The notes under the pieces are model-generated. The model saw only the letters and a program-made list of their open reading frames with translations. It did no database searches and was not told the DNA's origin. From the NCBI GenBank assembly GCA_963739275.1, contig CAVTZX010000044.1:1646-65645 (forward strand): a DNA stretch of 64,000 bases, given 5' to 3'. Source of the DNA: an uncultured Acidobacteriota bacterium. GTDB taxonomy: Bacteria > Acidobacteriota > Terriglobia > Acidiferrales > UBA7541. The position numbers and the translations under genes are program-made. Shown piece after piece: positions 38,155 through 46,458 of the stretch (within the stretch, counting starts at the first letter, position 1; every line of letters starts with the position of its first letter).

Positions 38155-38164
38155 CCTCCGCTGC

Positions 38165-38917
38165 ATGAACGGGCCGGGAACCATGCCAAGCGACACATCG
38201 AAACTGCCGGAACAATCTCTTAAGATCCCGGTGGAAGCGCGAGCCGCCCCGCCATCGGGCGATCATTTCGCCGAGGGCCTGCGCGGATTCGGGCCGCTTG
38301 GAATCCTCGCGATTCTCGTTATCCTCTTCGCCGGCAATTATCCCTTTGTGCCTCTCAGCGCCATTCTGGTGCTGGCGTGGGCCCGGCTGTCGCGCACTTC
38401 ATGGCGCGAGATCGGCTACGTACGGCCCAAGAGCTGGGCTGCCAGCTTGGCCATCGGCATCGCGTTCGGCATCGCCTTCAAATTCCTGATGAAGTCGATC
38501 GTGTTGCCGCTGCTCGGCGCCGACCCGATCAATCAGGCGTTCCATTACCTCGCCGGAAACCGGGCCGCGCTTCCAGGGGCCGTGTACACCATGATTGTCG
38601 GCGCGGGCTTCGGAGAAGAGACCTTCTTCCGGGGGTACCTGTTCGAACGCTTCGGCAAGCTGTTCGGACACGCCGCGTGGGCCAAGACGTCAATCGTGCT
38701 GATCACTGCAGCATGGTTTGGACTGGCCCACTACACTATCCAGGGGCTCGCCGGCGTCGAACAGGCCACGATCGTCGGGCTTGTCTTCGGGACAATCTTC
38801 GCGGTCTCAGGCCGGATCTTCCTACTCATGGTTGCGCACGCCGCGTTCGATCTGACCGCGCTCGCCATCATCTACTGGGATCTCGAGTCCAAGGTGGCTC
38901 ATCTCGTCTTCAAATAG
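38165..38917 (+). CDS. CPBP family intramembrane glutamic endopeptidase
   Basis: Polytopic. FGEETFFRGYLF (EExxxR motif), then later ...LAHY... and HAAFD motifs. Confidence 0.8.
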   Translation: MNGPGTMPSDTSKLPEQSLKIPVEARAAPPSGDHFAEGLRGFGPLGILAILVILFAGNYPFVPLSAILVLAWARLSRTSWREIGYVRPKSWAASLAIGIAFGIAFKFLMKSIVLPLLGADPINQAFHYLAGNRAALPGAVYTMIVGAGFGEETFFRGYLFERFGKLFGHAAWAKTSIVLITAAWFGLAHYTIQGLAGVEQATIVGLVFGTIFAVSGRIFLLMVAHAAFDLTALAIIYWDLESKVAHLVFK

Positions 38918-38961
38918 CCCGGAAACTCTCCGCCCATCCCGCGTCCGGCTACCGCCCGCCG

Positions 38962-39159
38962 CTACGTCTCTGTTCCGGGTTCGACAAATCCCTCTGCTCC
39001 ACGACGCACGGATTTCAAGCGGCAGGTCGCGGAGCTGGACTGCGGCGGCACCACGTGATGGTCGTAGTCCCAGCGTCCGGTGGCGAAACTCCCGTGCATC
39101 ACGCGCGTTCGCAGACGGTGTTCTTCGTTTGGCCTCTTGGTTTCGCGTTCCGATGTCAT
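38962..39159 (-). pseudogene. truncated paralogous fragment (first ~65 codons) of the Cys/Met PLP enzyme gene
   Basis: MTSERETKRPNEEHRLRTRVMHGSFATGRWDYDHHVVPPQSSSATCRLKSVRRGAEGFVEPGTET* aligns residue for residue with the N-terminus of the 35034-36335 product. It ends at a TAG where the full gene has GCG. Homology is lost about 15 nt further on. Confidence 0.8.
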
Positions 39160-39211
39160 GGGGCATTCTCACTCGAATGGGCAAACACCCGCGAGAAGCG
39201 CAGGCGAATGT

Positions 39212-39339
39212 GGCGATCACAATCGCCGCACCCCGGCAAACGGGTGGGACATGCGCGGCAACGTGCGGGAGAGGTCCACGTCTCGAAAGGAGCGAGCGCG
39301 GGCCGGCGGGAGGTGCGGCTATTTCAATGTAACACTTTC
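39212..39339 (-). promoter_or_regulatory. second copy of the conserved structured leader
   Basis: Same blocks as 36377-36511 (GAAAGTGTTACATTGA...GACGTGGACCTCTCCCGCACGTTGC...ATGTCCCACCCGTTTGCCGGGGTGCGGCGAT), located upstream of the gene fragment. Confidence 0.4.
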
Positions 39340-39442
39340 GATCGGGGCTCCGGAGCTCGCTCCTGTTGGAAACAGCAATTCGGCCGAGTGTCTCAGTGAG
39401 GGACCCCGAGTCGCCCGGATTGTGCAACGCGAGGGAAGCGAA

Positions 39443-40141
39443 TTAGCTGGGCAGCCGCTCGCGGACTTGATCTAGGAAGACGCCGAAATCAATCGCGGTG
39501 CGGAAGCCCTGGAGGTAGGCCTCACCGCCGGTTTCCTCGGAGAGCCGCAAGAGGCATCCCTGCCCGTTCGCCACCAGACTCGGGCGCAAGCCGGCGCGGC
39601 CCGCATCACTGGCATAGAGGGCATACGTGGTGATCCCTGCATGTTGGAAAGTCTCAACGACACGCTGCAAGCCGATGTTCTGATAGGGCGAAGTCTCGCT
39701 GGCACCGTAACTCAAGTCGAGTCCCTGACTGATCAAGATAACCACGCGCGCTGCGCCATCGTCGGGCCAGTGCTTGGCGACGTCACGCAGGGCATCATAA
39801 AGACCCGAAGCCCCAGCCGCGGTGCCCATGGGCAGCCGCAGCGACTTCGCCGCGGCTTCATGTTCGCTGGTGAAACCCTGCTCGACGCGGGCAACGCCAT
39901 TCGCGGCGTAGACCACTTCCACCTGCGCGTTAGCCGGGAGACTGCGGATGAACTTGGCGACGTCCCGAAATTGCGAGCCGAGGCCTGTACTGGCAGAGTC
40001 GTCCACGACGATGGCTACGTCGAGGCCTTTCGCAGCGCGGCTGGGCGCGGCCCAAACCGGCGCCGATGCAAATATCGCCACGACGAGCGCGAAGATAACG
40101 CAAAGAATCTTTCCAGCCGTTGAGATATTGGGAGTGTTCAT
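39443..40141 (-). CDS. secreted von Willebrand factor A-like domain protein
   Basis: Starts at MNTPNIS with a signal-anchor. LDVAIVVDDSASTG is a MIDAS-like DxSxS motif. The longer ORF to 40891 is antisense to yebC. Confidence 0.7.
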   Translation of the reverse strand: MNTPNISTAGKILCVIFALVVAIFASAPVWAAPSRAAKGLDVAIVVDDSASTGLGSQFRDVAKFIRSLPANAQVEVVYAANGVARVEQGFTSEHEAAAKSLRLPMGTAAGASGLYDALRDVAKHWPDDGAARVVILISQGLDLSYGASETSPYQNIGLQRVVETFQHAGITTYALYASDAGRAGLRPSLVANGQGCLLRLSEETGGEAYLQGFRTAIDFGVFLDQVRERLPS

Positions 40142-40367
40142 TGAATGCCCCCGGGCCGCTGCGGTGAACCTGCTTTCACTACACGGCCCTACAAATGTCT
40201 TACATACCATTGGATGCAAATTCGTCTGAGCCGGCTGCTCACGGAGGAAATCGCTGGGATCGGGCCGCAGATCCTTGGTGCGATTCCGATTGCGTCTCCC
40301 CTGTGCTAAACTGACGCAGCAAGAACCAGGGGCAAGCCCCTCAGACCGTTTCCTGCGAGGCGATTCC

Positions 40368-41123
40368 ATGTCCGGCCATTCCAAGTGGGCAACTATCAAG
40401 CACAAGAAGGCGGCGACCGACGCCAAGCGCGGACGCGTTTTCACGAAACTCATCCGCGAAATCACCATCGCCGCGCGCATCGGCGGCGGCGACCCCATTA
40501 CCAATCCCCGCCTGCGCACGGCCGTCGCGGCCGCCAAGAACGAGAACATGCCTAACGAAAACGTGGAGCGCGCCATCCAACGCGGCGCCGGCCAACTCGA
40601 GGGCGAACAGTACGAAGAAGTGTTCTTCGAGGGATATGGTCCCGGAGGCGTAGGGATGATGGTGCAAGTCGTCACCACCAACCGCAACCGCGTGGTGAGC
40701 GAAATCCGCCACGTGCTGGGCAAGCACGGCGGGAACATGGGGGAGAACGGCAGCGTCGGCTGGATGTTCCACCGCAAAGGACAGATGGTCGTACCCAAGG
40801 AGCAAGCCAGTGAGGACAAGATCCTTGGCATCGTGCTCGACGCCGGCGCAGAGGACCTCAAGGACGACGGCTCGGCCTGGGAAGTGATCACCCCTCCTGA
40901 ATTGTTTGAAAAGGTGCGCGAAGCCCTCGTTGCATGCGGGCATCACGCCTGCCTCCGCGGAGATCGCCATGGTGCCGCAGAACCATGTGAAGCTGACCGG
41001 CGCACCCGCACGCAGATGCTGCGGTTGTTGGAAGCGCTGGAGGAGCACGACGACGTCCAGCACGTTTACGCCAACTTTGACATCGACGAGAAGGAAATCC
41101 AGGCCGCGATGGCGGCCACCTAA
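40368..41123 (+). CDS. yebC: YebC/PmpR family transcriptional regulator; internal ~24 codons (40941-41013) read out of frame
   Basis: MSGHSKWATIKHKKAATDAKRG... is canonical. The expected ...ACGITPASAEIAMVPQNHVKLTGAPAR... segment is encoded in the +1 frame between two compensating indels. Confidence 0.85.
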   Translation: MSGHSKWATIKHKKAATDAKRGRVFTKLIREITIAARIGGGDPITNPRLRTAVAAAKNENMPNENVERAIQRGAGQLEGEQYEEVFFEGYGPGGVGMMVQVVTTNRNRVVSEIRHVLGKHGGNMGENGSVGWMFHRKGQMVVPKEQASEDKILGIVLDAGAEDLKDDGSAWEVITPPELFEKVREALVACGHHACLRGDRHGAAEPCEADRRTRTQMLRLLEALEEHDDVQHVYANFDIDEKEIQAAMAAT

Positions 41124-41139
41124 GTTTGTTTATATTCTT

Positions 41140-41190
41140 CCCTTGGTGTCATTCCGATCCCGCTCCTGCGGGAGAGGAATCCCTCTTACT
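41140..41190. repeat. REP-like unit (reverse orientation of the GGAATGAC family)
   Basis: GTCATTCCGA-TCCCGC-tcct-GCGGGA-GAGGAATCCCTCTTAC. Same flanks as 5590-5640, but a different internal hairpin. Confidence 0.65.
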
Positions 41191-41351
41191 CCGCAATACG
41201 TGCGAACGCGGCTCCTCCGTAACCTGAGCACCGCGAGCTTAAATAACACTAGCGGCGCTTTTCTCGCCCGGCATAAACTGTGCGCACCCCGATGAAGACG
41301 GCTGTCGCAGTGCGAAAACCGGATGCCCCCACCCCATCCCCGGCGCGCGTC

Positions 41352-41938
41352 TTGCGCGTGCTGGGACTCGACCCCGCCGCGGCGGGCCCCACGGGCTACG
41401 GCATGCCATCGAAACTGACGGCCGCAACAGCCGCATGCTGCATTTCGGCGCGCTGCGGGCGTCTCCGGGTGCGGGCAGCCGGGGCGACTTTCCCGCGCGC
41501 CTGCGCGAAATCCACGAATTCGTGCGCGGCTTGATCGCGGAGTATTCCCCGGACGCCATCGCCGTCGAATCGGTGTTCGCGGCGCTGAATCTGCGCACGG
41601 CGCTGCTCCTGGCCGAGGTCCGCGGCGTGGTGCAACTTGCCGCCGCGCAAGCAAGCGTGCCGGTATCCAGCTACTCGCCGCGCGAAGTGAAGGCCTGCGT
41701 GGCGGGCTACGGCCACGCCAACAAGCAGCAGATGCAGATCATGGTGCGCGCCATGCTCGGGATGCGCGAAACTCCCGAGCCGGCTGACGCCGCCGACGCT
41801 TTGGCCGTCGCGCTCTGCCACATCCATACAGCGCAGGCGCGTGCCCGCATCGCCGCGGCCACCGCTCCGCCTGCGGCGCAGGCCGCAGCGGGAGATTTGC
41901 ACGGGCGGAACCTTCGAGCCCCGCGGGTGCACCTATAA
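41352..41938 (+). pseudogene. ruvC: crossover junction endodeoxyribonuclease RuvC with a frameshift at ~41403-41405
   Basis: (TTG)RVLGLDPAAAGPTGYG is in one frame (41352-41402). AIETDGRNSRMLHFGALR...AIAVESVFAALNLRTALLLAEVRGV...ADAADALAVALCH continues in the -1 frame from 41405. Confidence 0.8.
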
Positions 41939-41949
41939 TCTGAGAATTC

Positions 41950-42603
41950 ATGCGGCCTGCCACGACAACGATCGCACTTTCGCTCGCGCTGCTGCTGCCG
42001 GCGCTAGCTGCGCTGGCTGCCGCTGATACAACCACGGTCACCTACCGGCGCGTCTTCAAATCCAGCGTGCCCGAATTCATCGAGATCAGGATTCCCGAGC
42101 GCGGAGACTGCCGCTTTGATATCCGCCAACTTGACGAAGATGCGGACTTAGAGCCGTTTGAATTGGGCGACGCCCTGCGCGCCAAAATCTTCGAGCTGGC
42201 CGGACAACTCAACCACTTCAGCGGCTTGCAGCTCGACATCAAGCGCCGCATCGCCAACCTCGGCCAAAAAACCTTTCGCTGGGAGCGCGGCAGCGAAAAA
42301 CACGAGACCTCGTTCAACTACACGCTCGACGCCACCGCCAACCAGCTCATGCAGATCTTCGAAGGCCTGGCCCGGCAGCAGGAGCACATGGTCCTGCTCC
42401 AGCGGCGGATGAAGTACGACCGCCTGGGCGTGAACGACGCGCTGATGCAGTTCGAGATGGACCTGAACAAACGCGCCATCCCTGAGCCCGAGCGCCTGCT
42501 CCCCATCCTCGAACAGATCGGCAGCGATTCCCGCGTGGTGGACATCGCGCGGCAGCGGGCCCGCTCCTTAGCCGAGCGTATCCGTAACCCTAAAGGCGAT
42601 TAA
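41950..42603 (+). CDS. hypothetical secreted protein
   Basis: 217-aa ORF with a signal peptide (ALSLALLLPALAALAAA). No family recognised. Confidence 0.6.
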   Translation: MRPATTTIALSLALLLPALAALAAADTTTVTYRRVFKSSVPEFIEIRIPERGDCRFDIRQLDEDADLEPFELGDALRAKIFELAGQLNHFSGLQLDIKRRIANLGQKTFRWERGSEKHETSFNYTLDATANQLMQIFEGLARQQEHMVLLQRRMKYDRLGVNDALMQFEMDLNKRAIPEPERLLPILEQIGSDSRVVDIARQRARSLAERIRNPKGD

Positions 42604-42619
42604 AACCGCAACCATCCGT

Positions 42620-42640
42620 GTGAGGCAGACCTCACGTTTT
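42620..42640 (+). terminator. intrinsic terminator after the 41950-42603 gene
   Basis: GTGAGG-caga-CCTCAC followed by GTTTT, 17 nt after the stop codon. Confidence 0.6.
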
Positions 42641-42720
42641 CTCCTCGACTTCGCGATCCGGGCCGGTCGAATCGTATCGCATTCACATTGTGTAACTGCC
42701 CGACACTTCGCAGCTCCCTG

Positions 42721-43034
42721 CCCCTCTTGACGCATGGTGTATGATAACCTTACAGGTATTCGTGTGAGTGGCTTGAGCCGATTGGGGAGAAACATTCAAT
42801 TCTTAAGTGCCGCGGAATGAATATGATCTGCACTCTTTTGCAAGTTCATGATTCCAAAGGGACTTTAAGTCCCGTAGATGCCACTCTTACGCGATGGGGA
42901 CGATCTAAGTCCTTTAGAATGCGCTCTTACGTCACTGACCGGGGGGCCACCCCCTCCCCCTGAGTTCACAATCAATTGAAATCACTACAGTTAACATTTA
43001 CGGCCTCGCATACGAGTCACGAGTCACCAGTCAC
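42721..43034 (+). repeat. structured low-GC intergenic element, copy B
   Basis: Conserved box at 42721-42747. Modules at 42840-42865, 42867-42890 (inverted) and 42907-42930 (inverted). G/C tract at 42939-42960. (G/C)AGTCAC x3 at 43014-43034. Confidence 0.8.
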
Positions 43035-43203
43035 TGCGCGATGAGCCTGTCATGACCAAGCACTGCCAACATTGACGACGACAGGGAACGCGCTTGACCC
43101 CGTACGGGGGAAGTAGCAGGATGGTTACGTCCGGCTGGCGCAACCTTTGGGCCTCCGCAGCCGTCCTATCAGTAGCACTGGGTCCCCATGGAAAGGGGGC
43201 ACT

Positions 43204-45126
43204 ATGAACCGCCTCAGCCGTCTTTTCCTTCTCGCAGCAGTTTCCGCGTTGTGTTTGGGTGTCCTCGGTCTATTTACTTTGCCTGCCACGGCAGGCTGGC
43301 CAGCGGCACAGGCCCAAGACTACAGCTATGCGCGCGTGGTGCGTTTGAGTCTGGTGGAAGGCCAGGCGCAGATCGCGCACGCCGGCGCGGATGGCTGGGA
43401 GCAGGCCACGGCGAACATGCCCGTGCAACAGGGCGATACGATCGCCACGGCCGAGGGACGCGTCGAAATCGAGTTTGAGAGCGGAGCCACGGCCCGGCTG
43501 GCGGAGAATTCCGCACTGCAGATTACGGAGCTGGCGCTCAGCGACGCCGCGCGCATCACCCGGCTGACGCTGACGCAGGGCACCGCGACGTTCTACGCCA
43601 ATATTGCGGAGAAGGACGTTTTCACAGTGGAGACGCCCGGCGTTCGCGTGGCCGTGCCGGAGAACGCGCGCTTCCGCGTGGATGCGGCTGCCGAAGGCTC
43701 TGTGGTCACTGTCTGGAAAGGCTCGGTGGACGTGAACTCGAGCGCCGGGACGCATCGCGTCTCCAAAGGCAGCACGCTTTCCTTCCAGACCAATGCTCCC
43801 GAAGAGGTATCCATCGGGCGCAGCGCGACGCCGGATGCCTGGGACAAGTGGGTCGCGGACCGCGATGAAGCCCTGCAGACCGCGACGTCGCAGACCCTGC
43901 AGTACACTTCGAGTTCGCAATACTACCCCGGGATGGCCGACCTCTACACCTACGGGAGCTGGTATTCGCTTGCCGGCTACGGCTGGGGCTGGCGGCCGTA
44001 CGGCGCCACGCTGAGTTGGACGCCGTTCATGGCCGGGAGTTGGGGTTACTTCGGCGGTTTTGGGTGGACCTGGGTCAGCTACGAGCCCTGGGGCTGGCTG
44101 CCGTATCACTACGGCGGTTGGGTCTTCTCGCCGACAATGGGCTGGTTGTGGTGCCCCGGCTTCAATCATCCGTGGCGACCGGCGACAGCGAGTTTTGTAC
44201 AGATCGGCAATCAGACGGGCTGGGTGCCACGGCATCCGCATGATCGCGACGGCCAACCTCCCGCAAACCTCCAACATGGCGTCTGGATACCGAACGGGCG
44301 CGGCCTGGACGGCAGGCACCGCCAGCCCATGCGGGACGCCTCGGTGGGAACAGCGCCTGCGGCGCAGGTTATCGCACCCCAAAACAACAAAAGGACTGAG
44401 TTCCTGAACTCAGCCCCGAGAGATTTCGCGCCGCGCCGCGTGCCGCCGCCGGCGCAGGCAGCGGTCAATTCGGCCGCGCCCACTTCTCCCTGGAGAGGGC
44501 AAAACAGGTGGGCGACGCCGGGAACTCCTACAACCACTAGGCCGATTGCGCCGCCGCCAGCGAGCTCGGCTCAGCCGGCCATCGTTTACGATCAGCGCGA
44601 GCATCGCTGGGTGAATAACCCGAATGCGCCGGCCCGGCAGCGGCAGGCGGACGCCCCCGCCACGGCCGGTCAGCCACAGCAGCAGATGGCTCCGGCACAA
44701 CAGGCGCAGCCACAGCAGAACGCGCAGCCTCAGGCGCACCGGCCCCCCGATGGGCAGGAGCGCATGGTGAGGCCGCAGCCGAATAACCAGTCAGCGCCGC
44801 CAGCTTCGCCGCCTCAGAGGCAATACACGCCTCCGCCGCCACAACGGCAAACGACGCCGCCACCTCCGGCGCAGCGCACGCCTCCTCCTCCGCCTCCGCA
44901 GCAGCACATGGCACCGCCGCCGCAGGCACCTACGCGGTCCGCGTCGCCGCCGCCACCGCCCCAACGCATGGCGCCACCACCTCCGCCTCCACACATGGCG
45001 CCACCTCCACCAGTGCAACAGCACATGGCGCCACCGCCTCCTCCTCCGCCTCCGCATATGAATCCGCCGGCGCAGGCTTCACCGCCGCCGCCTCCACCCA
45101 AGACGGAGCCGAAGATCCCGCACTGA
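43204..45126 (+). CDS. FecR-domain protein with W/G/Y-rich central domain and proline-rich repetitive C-terminus
   Basis: Signal-anchor, then the FecR-like block (RVVRLSLVEGQAQI...GDTIATAEGRVEIEF...). Next GSWYSLAGYGWGWRPYG...WGWLPYHYGGWVF, then a long P/Q tail with HMAPPPP repeats. Confidence 0.8.
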   Translation: MNRLSRLFLLAAVSALCLGVLGLFTLPATAGWPAAQAQDYSYARVVRLSLVEGQAQIAHAGADGWEQATANMPVQQGDTIATAEGRVEIEFESGATARLAENSALQITELALSDAARITRLTLTQGTATFYANIAEKDVFTVETPGVRVAVPENARFRVDAAAEGSVVTVWKGSVDVNSSAGTHRVSKGSTLSFQTNAPEEVSIGRSATPDAWDKWVADRDEALQTATSQTLQYTSSSQYYPGMADLYTYGSWYSLAGYGWGWRPYGATLSWTPFMAGSWGYFGGFGWTWVSYEPWGWLPYHYGGWVFSPTMGWLWCPGFNHPWRPATASFVQIGNQTGWVPRHPHDRDGQPPANLQHGVWIPNGRGLDGRHRQPMRDASVGTAPAAQVIAPQNNKRTEFLNSAPRDFAPRRVPPPAQAAVNSAAPTSPWRGQNRWATPGTPTTTRPIAPPPASSAQPAIVYDQREHRWVNNPNAPARQRQADAPATAGQPQQQMAPAQQAQPQQNAQPQAHRPPDGQERMVRPQPNNQSAPPASPPQRQYTPPPPQRQTTPPPPAQRTPPPPPPQQHMAPPPQAPTRSASPPPPPQRMAPPPPPPHMAPPPPVQQHMAPPPPPPPPHMNPPAQASPPPPPPKTEPKIPH

Positions 45127-45238
45127 GCGGGAATTGCCCGCGGGCCGCTTTCGATTACGCGAAGTCAAATTCGCGACAGGGTGGGCGCTTCTCCGGCCGG
45201 CCCGCGTTGATGCAGGTTCTCTTTGTCTTGTTGGAAGA

Positions 45239-46048
45239 TCAGTGGATGATGATGCCGGCGTAGCCGACGACTTCGTCGTAGTCACCGGAAACGTCGCCGG
45301 AAGTGGCGTAGCGGACGAGCTCCGCGCGCGTCGCGCCCAGCTCGCGCGCGGCGGTGAGCATGGCCACGGCGGGCCCATAGCCGCACATGGAAATGCCTTC
45401 ATGCCGCACGGTGTCGTAGAGGCCGCGCGCGTCCAGGGCCAGCAGCTTTTCGACGGCTTTACGATCTTTCGCCCGCGTGATGAGGTCGCTTTCGTAATGG
45501 TTCATGTCTGAACTGGCCACGATGAGCGTCTCCTCGCGCTCCGCAGCCAGAACCTGGGCAATCGCGTGTCCGAGGTTCGCAAGCACGTCGAACCGGGTCG
45601 TCCCCAGCGCGATGGGTACGAACCGCAAATCGCTCGCGAGAACCTGGAGAAACGGCAACTGCACCTCGAGAGAGTGCTCGGCGCGATGCGCTACCTCATC
45701 CTCGCGCAGCAGAGGAAACGCGTGCTTGAGCCGCTCGGCCAGCGCGGCGTCAATCAGTGCCGGACGGAGCGGCGTTTGCCATGAGCCTTCGGAGAGAATG
45801 GCGAGCGCCTCGCCCTGCGGATAATGCCTCGGGCCGAGGATCAGGAAACGCCGGGGAAGCTCGAGCCGCGAGTAGACCGCACCCGCGACGTGCCCGGAAT
45901 ACATGTAGCCGGCATGCGGCACGAGGCATGCTTTCGCGCGGATTCTTTTCGCGGATGGGGCCGGGCTGGTGAGGGAACCGATTTCGCGGATCAGCGTATC
46001 GCGGTCGGCAGGATAGAAGCGCCCGGCAACGGCGGCAGGGCGAAGCAT
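45239..46048 (-). CDS. Memo-like protein (AmmeMemoRadiSam system protein B family)
   Basis: RPAAVAGRFYP, VPHAGYMYSG, and C-terminal ...TSGDVSGDYDEVVGYAGI are Memo-family patterns. Confidence 0.8.
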   Translation of the reverse strand: MLRPAAVAGRFYPADRDTLIREIGSLTSPAPSAKRIRAKACLVPHAGYMYSGHVAGAVYSRLELPRRFLILGPRHYPQGEALAILSEGSWQTPLRPALIDAALAERLKHAFPLLREDEVAHRAEHSLEVQLPFLQVLASDLRFVPIALGTTRFDVLANLGHAIAQVLAAEREETLIVASSDMNHYESDLITRAKDRKAVEKLLALDARGLYDTVRHEGISMCGYGPAVAMLTAARELGATRAELVRYATSGDVSGDYDEVVGYAGIIIH

Positions 46049-46068
46049 GGCGAGCCTCCCGGCGCGGC

Positions 46069-46458
46069 TCAGACGGGCTTGGAAGGTTTGCCCTTGATGT
46101 GCAGGGCGACGTTGCTGCCCGGTTCGGTCTCGATGGTGACTTTATCGCCGTACTGATAGCCACCCTGGTCCAGGATCTGCTGCATGTGGCCGCGGAGGGC
46201 GTCCGAATAAGTAAACGTACGGATCAGCCGTTCGTTGTCCTGACTGCGGACGGTGATGGCCAACGCAGTGGCATTCATCACCTGGCCTTTGAACACTTCG
46301 AGTTTTGACTTCGACGTCTTTGCAGGTTTCACGGGGATGGGCTTGGAGGTATCCACGGACTGGGCGAACGCCGGCGCGGCGAACGCCGTCAAGGCCATGC
46401 CCGCGATAATCATCACAAGAAACTTGCCGATCCTGTTCATTGCAGAAGTCATCCTCAT
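46069..46458 (-). CDS. hypothetical small secreted protein
   Basis: 129 aa. Signal peptide ending AFAQ. ATGA overlap with the upstream ORF. Confidence 0.55.
   Translation of the reverse strand: MRMTSAMNRIGKFLVMIIAGMALTAFAAPAFAQSVDTSKPIPVKPAKTSKSKLEVFKGQVMNATALAITVRSQDNERLIRTFTYSDALRGHMQQILDQGGYQYGDKVTIETEPGSNVALHIKGKPSKPV

Noticed and set aside
3753-43034. The inverted element copies as ends of a 39-kb transposon (Tn7-like multi-site ends) or genomic island.
   Set aside because: The interior is core housekeeping (bamA, tamB, uppS, pcm, ruvC, yebC) with no transposase, integrase or att-like features. The homology runs across the whole ~300 bp rather than being limited to terminal binding sites.
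44791-45101. ORFs encoding poly-Gly or poly-Arg proteins on the minus strand.
   Set aside because: They are antisense translation of the proline-rich (CCN)n coding repeats of the FecR-domain gene.
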